A DNA stretch of 64,000 nucleotides. It comes from Deltaproteobacteria bacterium (lineage in GTDB: Bacteria > Myxococcota > Kuafuiibacteriia > Kuafuiibacteriales > Kuafuiibacteriaceae). Below the pieces are notes generated by a model. The model worked only from the letters and a program-made list of their open reading frames with translations. It had not been told where the DNA came from and made no database searches. Shown here piece after piece: positions 58,444-64,000 of this stretch; the stretch's first letter is position 1, and each line of letters begins with the position of its first letter. Both the position numbers and the translations under genes were made by a program. The DNA lies in assembly GCA_040218735.1 (NCBI GenBank), contig JAVJQW010000023.1, forward strand, positions 160,001 to 224,000, written 5' to 3'.

Positions 58444-58579
58444 ACCCAACGCCCTGGTGTTCAGCTGCGAAGCGCTCGCGCCGGCGGCGTTCGCGCGGGG
58501 CACGGTGCTCGGTGCCAGACCCTCCGGCGTTCGAGCGTAGCACGCGAGTGCTTCGTCAGACTGCAACATCTTGTTGGAC
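58444..58579 (-). repeat. attC site (long, 136 bp)
   Basis: Minus strand GTCCAAC-aagatgTTGCAGtctgacGAAGCACTCGCG...CGCGAGCGCTTCgcagCTGAACaccagggc-GTTGGGT. Confidence 0.88.
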
Positions 58580-58596
58580 GGCCACGCACACCTCGC

Positions 58597-60576
58597 TCAC
58601 TCCAAGGTCTGCTTCCGTATGTACTCCGACATCGCTGCCGACATCCCTTCTGGAAGCTCAGAGTCGTCCTCGCTTAGATCGTATTGCGAGCCCGTTACCT
58701 TCGCACGCCATTTACCCTCGCTGTCTACCCCCCAAAGGAACGCCTTCGCGCTCTCGTTGGGCGCCACACCAAGGGACACGCCATGAGTTTCTGACCAATA
58801 CTTCTGGGTACTCCGGCTTACAACCAGGCCTTGAGAGGAGAGCCTGTCTTCGATCAGTCTAGTTGTTTCGGCAATTTCTTGAGATACTTGCGAGAAAATA
58901 TCGGCGGTCGATAGAGTTTCAAGAGACGTCGCTGGCAAGTCCCATGTGAAGACAATGAACCCAGCATGTGTCTCAATCGCCGGCGCAACGTTGAGCACCA
59001 TCGCTGATTCGGCGTCGAGTTCATCAGACATGACTTCTTCGTCGCATGTCCATGCGGCGAGGATCTGAATCTCTCGCGAGGAAGGCCTAATTGGAGATGG
59101 AAGCGTGTCCGGGAAGTGCATTATCTCCGCGGTGGAGTGCGTGATTGCGTCCACTGATGGAAACACGTCATGGGACACAAGCCCCACCATGTGGCGCGCC
59201 TGAGTCGGGTCAACCACCCGAACGTCTTCGAGGGCCTGCAGTGCTTCGTGCACCCTTGCGAGTACTTTGCCTGTGTCGGGAATCAATTCTTCCATTGGAT
59301 TCACCCGAAACGAGCGCGGGATCCGTCCATCAGCCAGGAGCGAGCCATCGAACCATGCGCACAAGTAGGCACTCTCGAATGTCCATGGCCAGCTCCGGTC
59401 CGGGGCTGGCACATCAGAGAAATGCCAGTGTTCGGGGTCCTCCTTGACCAACGCAAAGAGGGACCTGTTCCAGCCGAGCGCGGTCGCCTCCGCTTCGGAT
59501 CGAAGCTGAGCCTGCAGTGTTAGACTCGGCCGTCCCACAATCTGGTAGCTTGCCAGAACATCCAGAGATGGCTCAAACAGGCGTATCGCGCCTCCTTCGC
59601 TAACTCGGGCGTCGCACGTGAAAGTCCAGTCGCCCGGGAGCTCAATGAAGAACTCGGCTTCGTCGACGGCAGGAGCGTTTGTAGACTTGACGAACGAGAC
59701 AGGAGCCTGGTCGATCTGCGTCATCGCGCCGGCGCGTTCTCCTTCAAGTGACGAAATGATTGGTCGGCCAACACGCACCGTTATTCTTGGATATTCGCTG
59801 GCGACCCACTCTGCGACGGACCTGGCCACGCAAGCCATTAGCGTCGGCAACTCGAAAAGGTCAACATCACCAAGAAGAGATAGCTCCGTGCCGAAGATCT
59901 CCGGACCCTCACCTTCCTCTGCTGCGAGCGGCTCTGGGTACCTATACGGCTCGAATCGAGTGGTCGCAAGTGCGCCCGGCGAGAACACAACCGAAAGGCT
60001 CGGGAAGACGGCCTTGATGTCGGCGATCACGCTATCCAGGCTTAACTTGGAGCGCAACATGTAGGGCACGATCGGTAAGTCAGACGTGTGTTCGCGAACT
60101 AGGATCGGGAGGTTGAGGGCATTGCCAACTCGATCAACCGAGACGCCGTCGAACCACACGGATCTAAGGAGGGGATTCTGAAGAACCTGCCGCGCCAATT
60201 GGTCTCCGTCAATGAACCGAAGTTCAAAGTCAGGATAGTCGTTGATGTACTCGCGCTTGGCCTGCGGGGATACTTTCGCGTTTGTCACGAACAGTCCTCG
60301 TGCATAGCCCATTTTCAATAGGGCTAGCGGGAGTTCACCAAGTTCGGCACTTGAACAGGTCGCAGACGCCTTCCTGTGGTGTTTGCACTGGGCCACAACA
60401 TCGCGACCATCGGGGGCGCTCGCGTGGACATCACGTCCACCGTCGCCAGGACCATCAGTGATCGTCACGCGCCTATGGCCGGATATCCAGAGCAAGTCGG
60501 CCGTGAGTCGAACGAGCTTGCTCGGGTCAAGGCTGTAGGTGAATCGCGTGAGATCCGTTTCGCCGGCAAGAGACAT
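58597..60576 (-). CDS. Mrr-like restriction endonuclease domain fused to a large unknown region (cassette)
   Basis: LDPSKLVRLTADLL...GPGDGGRDV...VAQCKH...GLFVTN...FIDGDQL (Mrr_cat PD-QxK pattern); lower GC. Confidence 0.82.
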   Translation of the reverse strand: MSLAGETDLTRFTYSLDPSKLVRLTADLLWISGHRRVTITDGPGDGGRDVHASAPDGRDVVAQCKHHRKASATCSSAELGELPLALLKMGYARGLFVTNAKVSPQAKREYINDYPDFELRFIDGDQLARQVLQNPLLRSVWFDGVSVDRVGNALNLPILVREHTSDLPIVPYMLRSKLSLDSVIADIKAVFPSLSVVFSPGALATTRFEPYRYPEPLAAEEGEGPEIFGTELSLLGDVDLFELPTLMACVARSVAEWVASEYPRITVRVGRPIISSLEGERAGAMTQIDQAPVSFVKSTNAPAVDEAEFFIELPGDWTFTCDARVSEGGAIRLFEPSLDVLASYQIVGRPSLTLQAQLRSEAEATALGWNRSLFALVKEDPEHWHFSDVPAPDRSWPWTFESAYLCAWFDGSLLADGRIPRSFRVNPMEELIPDTGKVLARVHEALQALEDVRVVDPTQARHMVGLVSHDVFPSVDAITHSTAEIMHFPDTLPSPIRPSSREIQILAAWTCDEEVMSDELDAESAMVLNVAPAIETHAGFIVFTWDLPATSLETLSTADIFSQVSQEIAETTRLIEDRLSSQGLVVSRSTQKYWSETHGVSLGVAPNESAKAFLWGVDSEGKWRAKVTGSQYDLSEDDSELPEGMSAAMSEYIRKQTLE

Positions 60577-60650
60577 ACCTTTGCGTCCTCATCAGAGCGC
60601 CGAAGTATCGGGGAGTGTAGCACTCGTTGGCTAAGGCGGCCACCTGGTCC

Positions 60651-60712
60651 GTCCAACGCTCACGTTCAGCTGCGGGGCGAAGCCCCGTCAGACTTGAGTG
60701 TGTTGTTTGGGC
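60651..60712 (-). repeat. attC site (61-bp family, 1-nt insertion in R'')
   Basis: Minus strand GCCCAAAC-aacacactcaagtctgac-GGGGCTTCGCCCC-gcagctgaacgtgagc-GTTGGAC. Confidence 0.9.
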
Positions 60713-60724
60713 CGCCTTCCTGGG

Positions 60725-61459
60725 CTACGGCGGAGGCAGGCGAAAGTCTATTGCAAGCGCTTCGCAGACCTCGTTCAGCGCTTCCTCGGCGGGCTTCCAT
60801 CCGCCGCAGCAGTCCGGACTCATTGCGATCGTCAGTGCGATGCATCGCGTAGAATCGACGAGGCGACGAAGTTGTTCTGCGAGAGTCTCGACGGCCTTCC
60901 TGTGCCAGAAGCGGGGATTGGAGTCGGCGGAATCCTGAAAGAAGAAGAGGTCGAGATCGAGGTTCACGATGAAGTCGCCGTGCTGAAGAACGCAGTAGCC
61001 CATCAGGTCGGGTACTTTCCATAGATCGATTTCGACGACGTCTACCTCAGGGAGGTCTTCCTTTCGGATGCTCCCGCACTTCTGCGTCACAAAGACGAGA
61101 TTCTCCACGGTGTCTTCGTACTCATGGAGGTAGAGCGGCAGGTAGTTGTCCCAGCGTAGCACGCGACCGGAGCGTGGGTCCTCATTAGGAATGACCGAGT
61201 CGAGGAAGAACTGAATATCGCCAGTCCAGCGCCCCTTCAAGGCTGGCGACCACTCCGCGATTCGCGAACTGAGCATGTCGTAGTGCGCATCAAGGTGGAG
61301 AATGGAATGTGAGCCTCGCGTGTGTCGGGCCCAGCACCATGCAGCGGCCTGATGGTTGTCCATGATGTAGCGATTGCCATCGCTCCATAAGAAGCACTGC
61401 TTGTTCACGCCTGATTCACCCCGACCAAGAAAGGGGATATGCCACGTCGGTTGAGCCAT
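60725..61459 (-). CDS. UPF0489-family protein (arginase/deacetylase-like fold; cassette)
   Basis: YIMDNHQAAAWCW, LHLDAHYD, WDNY, NLDLDLF, TIAMSPDCCGGW. Track start 61510 lies inside attC, so ATG 61459 was chosen. Confidence 0.8.
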   Translation of the reverse strand: MAQPTWHIPFLGRGESGVNKQCFLWSDGNRYIMDNHQAAAWCWARHTRGSHSILHLDAHYDMLSSRIAEWSPALKGRWTGDIQFFLDSVIPNEDPRSGRVLRWDNYLPLYLHEYEDTVENLVFVTQKCGSIRKEDLPEVDVVEIDLWKVPDLMGYCVLQHGDFIVNLDLDLFFFQDSADSNPRFWHRKAVETLAEQLRRLVDSTRCIALTIAMSPDCCGGWKPAEEALNEVCEALAIDFRLPPP

Positions 61460-61497
61460 CTCGCTTGCTTTGAAGAGGATAGCACGGGCTTCGGTCG

Positions 61498-61558
61498 GCC
61501 CAACGCTCACGCTAAGCTGCGGGGCGAAGCCCCGTCAGTCTTGAGCGTGTTGTTGGGC
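61498..61558 (-). repeat. attC site (intact, 61 bp)
   Basis: Minus strand GCCCAAC-aacacgctcaagactgac-GGGGCTTCGCCCC-gcagcttagcgtgagc-GTTGGGC; perfect R''/R' and central hairpin. Confidence 0.93.
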
Positions 61559-61603
61559 GGCACGGCGCATCGTTCATACGGGAAGTCGCTCGTTGGTTCG
61601 GAG

Positions 61604-62260
61604 CTAGTCGTCATCCGGAAAGATCCGCATTGCTGGCCCGCCATCGAGCCAGGTTCGTTCCAGTCGACAGAGGCGACCGACTGCGGCTTGGCGCCGAAGG
61701 AGGTGCTCTGCTTCCTTCCCGGAGAGGTCGGACCAGTCGTGTCTCACAAGTTTTCCGCTAACATTCTCGTCAAGCCATCGACGGAGTTCGAGCACCAGCG
61801 GTTCTGGGGCAACCCGGGTCGGTTGGCCACGCTCCAGGACGAACTCGATAAGCCAACGGCTCGGCGGGGGGACCCGTGTCTCACCATCGTGGTTTCGGAG
61901 GTCGCCTAGATTGGCATCACCGACTCGGACGGTGGCACTCTCAAGTGAGTCTGAGGCGTGCGCCAACTCGAACACGAATTGGGCAGGAACCCGCCACATG
62001 CGTCTCTCGTCAGCGCACCAAATCGCTCCCGTCGCGAGAACACTTCGGTCGCCGACTAACTCGAAGTGTTCGATCTCGAGTCCATCCTGCCAGTAGCCAG
62101 TAGTCTCTTCGTGGTCACGCCAATGGAGCCAGAGTAGTCGCAAGATCTCCGGCCTAAGCAGCGACGTGTCGGCCGGACTAACGTCGTTTCGGAACTGCCG
62201 CCAAACGGCTACGACCTGCGCTTCAAGTTGCGCAAAGTACTCTGGGTCGGCGTAGATCAT
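61604..62260 (-). CDS. Hypothetical protein, first cassette
   Basis: ORF between GTTGGGC (62281) and attC 61498-61558; ATG 62260 is the first start inside the cassette. Confidence 0.65.
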   Translation of the reverse strand: MIYADPEYFAQLEAQVVAVWRQFRNDVSPADTSLLRPEILRLLWLHWRDHEETTGYWQDGLEIEHFELVGDRSVLATGAIWCADERRMWRVPAQFVFELAHASDSLESATVRVGDANLGDLRNHDGETRVPPPSRWLIEFVLERGQPTRVAPEPLVLELRRWLDENVSGKLVRHDWSDLSGKEAEHLLRRQAAVGRLCRLERTWLDGGPAMRIFPDDD

Positions 62261-62274
62261 CGCTGTACTTGTCC

Positions 62275-62350
62275 GCCCAACGCTACATGTTCGGCCTTGG
62301 AGATCCTCAGGCGTACCCGAGATATCACCGTCGGACATAACGCGTTCTGC
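62275..62350 (-). promoter_or_regulatory. Candidate attI site
   Basis: Minus strand GCAGAACGCGTTATGT...GGCCGAACATGTAGC-GTTGGGC. The core matches the R'' of the first attC, and no attC hairpin lies upstream. Confidence 0.5.
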
Positions 62351-62399
62351 GCCCGCGCCACCACCCCACGCGCATCACCACCAACCTCACGCCACCGAC

Positions 62400-63374
62400 T
62401 CAGCAGCACCCGCCCCCACCATAGAAATAAGTACTCCCAGTCACGAACAGATCCCCCCGCCCCAGCGCCTCCAGCGCCCCGGCGGTCTTGTCACACACGT
62501 TCAGCGGCATGTCGCGCACCAGCGTATGCCCCTTCCCGTCGTCGAAGACCTCATCCTTCCCGAAGTAAGTCGCCGTCCGCCCCGTGAAAATACAAGCCCC
62601 GTCCTCCGGTACCGGGTCCTTGATCGCGCAAACCTCGATGCTCTCCAGCAACAAGTGCGCGTCCAACCCATACCGCTCCTTGTCCAGCAAGCGATAAGGC
62701 ACCTTCGACCGGAGCTCGATCGTTCCGAACCCAGCCTTCACCATCGTCGCCAGGTACTCATCCAGGGTCACCGCGCCCGAGATGCACTCCGCGCGGAGGC
62801 GGTCGTCGGCTGCGAGGTGGTCCGGCATCGGGCGCGTCGCGACCGGGTCCGACATGATGAGTCGGCCGTGCGGCTTCAGGACGCGGTGCATCTCCGTGAG
62901 CGCCTTCAGGAGGTGCTCGCGCGTGAAGATGTTGAAGAGGCAGTTCTGCGCCGCCGTGTCGACCGAGCCCGACTCGATCGGCAGGTCCAGCGCGTTGCCG
63001 CGGCGAATGTCGACGAACTCAGGTGAGAACCAATCGTTCTCCAGCGCCGCCACCTCCAAGTTCGCACGCGCCTTGTCCATCATCTCGTCCACGGTATCCA
63101 CCGCGATGACACTCGACGGGCGACGCGTGAAGTACGCGAACTGAAGCGCCTCCATCCCGCCGCCGACGCCGACGTACAGGACCGTCTGCTCCGGACCCAG
63201 GTCCTTCGCGTTCACCGTGGTGCCGCAGCCGTAGTTCATCTCGAGCATCTGCGTCGGGATGTTCAGGCCCGGCATGCGCCAGACCGGGGAGGTCGTGCAG
63301 CACAGCTTGGACATCGGCGCCTCGGCGGCCTCGCGGTAGAGGTCGTCGACAGCCGACAGATAATTTTCGTTCAT
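62400..63374 (-). CDS. arsM: Arsenite S-adenosylmethionine methyltransferase (arsenosugar-type ArsM)
   Basis: LCCT, MNYGCGTTV, YVGVGGGME, AQNCLFN, RAECISGA, VPEDGACIFTG, VCDKTA, C-terminal GGGCC. Confidence 0.9.
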   Translation of the reverse strand: MNENYLSAVDDLYREAAEAPMSKLCCTTSPVWRMPGLNIPTQMLEMNYGCGTTVNAKDLGPEQTVLYVGVGGGMEALQFAYFTRRPSSVIAVDTVDEMMDKARANLEVAALENDWFSPEFVDIRRGNALDLPIESGSVDTAAQNCLFNIFTREHLLKALTEMHRVLKPHGRLIMSDPVATRPMPDHLAADDRLRAECISGAVTLDEYLATMVKAGFGTIELRSKVPYRLLDKERYGLDAHLLLESIEVCAIKDPVPEDGACIFTGRTATYFGKDEVFDDGKGHTLVRDMPLNVCDKTAGALEALGRGDLFVTGSTYFYGGGGCC

Positions 63375-63383
63375 GAGATCTCC

Positions 63384-64000
63384 TCAGTTGTCGGAACCGC
63401 CGCCGCCCGCGACTTCTCCGGCAAACTTTCGGGACAACAGGATCTCGCGGCCACGCATTTCCACGAAACCACGCTTCTGGAACTCGGACAGGACTCGACT
63501 CACCGTCTCACGGCTCGTCCCGATCATCGAAGCGATGTCCTGCTGCGTCGGACGCTCGCGGATGAGGATGCCCTCCTCCACCTCTTCGCCGTCCTTCTTC
63601 GCCAGGTCGATCATGATGTGCGCCACGCGCCCATACACGTCCAACGTCGCCAGGTTCCCGATGATCTCGTCCGCGCGACGCAGACGCCGCGACAGCTCGG
63701 CCATCACGTTCAACGCCGTCGCCGGACTCACCTTGATGTGCGCCGCGAACTGCTCACGCTTCAGGATGAGGACCGTCGAGTCCTCCAGCGCAATCACGTT
63801 CGCCGAACGCGGCAGGTCGTCCAACAACGACATCTCGCCGAAGAACTCACCCGCCTTCAACAGACCCAGGATCACCTCCCGACCGTTGTCGCCGTAGATC
63901 GAGACCTTCACCCGGCCCTTCGCGATGATGAACAGCGCGTCACCCGGCTCGTCCTGCGTGACGATGTGCGCGTCCTTCGTGACGTCGCGCGTCGACAAGA
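63384..64000 (-). CDS. Crp/Fnr-family transcriptional regulator (5' truncated by window end)
   Basis: FFGEMSLLD..PRSANV, HTH TQQDIASMIGTSRETVSR. Confidence 0.95.
   Translation of the reverse strand, partial: LSTRDVTKDAHIVTQDEPGDALFIIAKGRVKVSIYGDNGREVILGLLKAGEFFGEMSLLDDLPRSANVIALEDSTVLILKREQFAAHIKVSPATALNVMAELSRRLRRADEIIGNLATLDVYGRVAHIMIDLAKKDGEEVEEGILIRERPTQQDIASMIGTSRETVSRVLSEFQKRGFVEMRGREILLSRKFAGEVAGGGGSDN

Larger units (their letters stand above)
56152..62350 (-). mobile_element. Integron gene-cassette array without integrase in window (CALIN-like)
   Basis: At least 5 attC sites separating co-oriented minus-strand genes, lower GC, attI-like site at the right end. Confidence 0.85.

Noticed and set aside
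60651-61558. Near-identical ~61-bp repeats read as a CRISPR array or REP elements
   Set aside because: They are separated by whole genes and carry RYYYAAC/GTTRRRY boxes. There are no short spacers or cas genes, so attC fits better.
62282-64000. Integron integrase next to the array
   Set aside because: The plus-strand ORFs here (62228, 62526, 63373) are antisense shadows of arsM and crp with no tyrosine-recombinase motifs.

Overview
GC-rich (roughly 70% by eye) bacterial chromosome segment whose gene content points to Myxococcota or a related deltaproteobacterium. From left to right it holds the 5' part of metK, a sigma-54/PTS(Ntr) operon (lptA-lptB-rpoN-hpf-ptsN-hprK-rapZ-EIIA-EIIB/HPr fusion-ptsI) and a lipid A acyltransferase. 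Next come a two-component/TPR/solute-binding-fusion/PilZ cluster and an mlaEFD operon that runs straight into an orphan T3SS sctJ plus an sctK/FliG-like gene. The middle carries an atypical Hsp70, many secreted lipoproteins, a PLP-enzyme/GNAT fusion, a two-subunit RND pump with a GH3 gene, and a metzincin. The right end carries arsM and a partial Crp/Fnr gene. Two things stand out. (1) About 56.1-62.35 kb is a lower-GC integron gene-cassette array with at least 5 attC sites, matching R'/R'' boxes, an attI-like site and progressive decay, but no integrase in the window. Its cargo includes a large Mrr-like nuclease and a DUF4258/DUF2283 TA pair. (2) At 33.26-35.57 kb a signal-peptide-less protein with a C-terminal protein-glutaminase domain is translationally coupled to a 74-aa ORF that looks like the free-standing glutaminase pro-domain, a candidate deamidase effector/immunity pair. 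Three sigma-54 promoters with upstream repeats and two cryptic gene remnants were also seen. All family assignments come from motif recognition; no database search was run.
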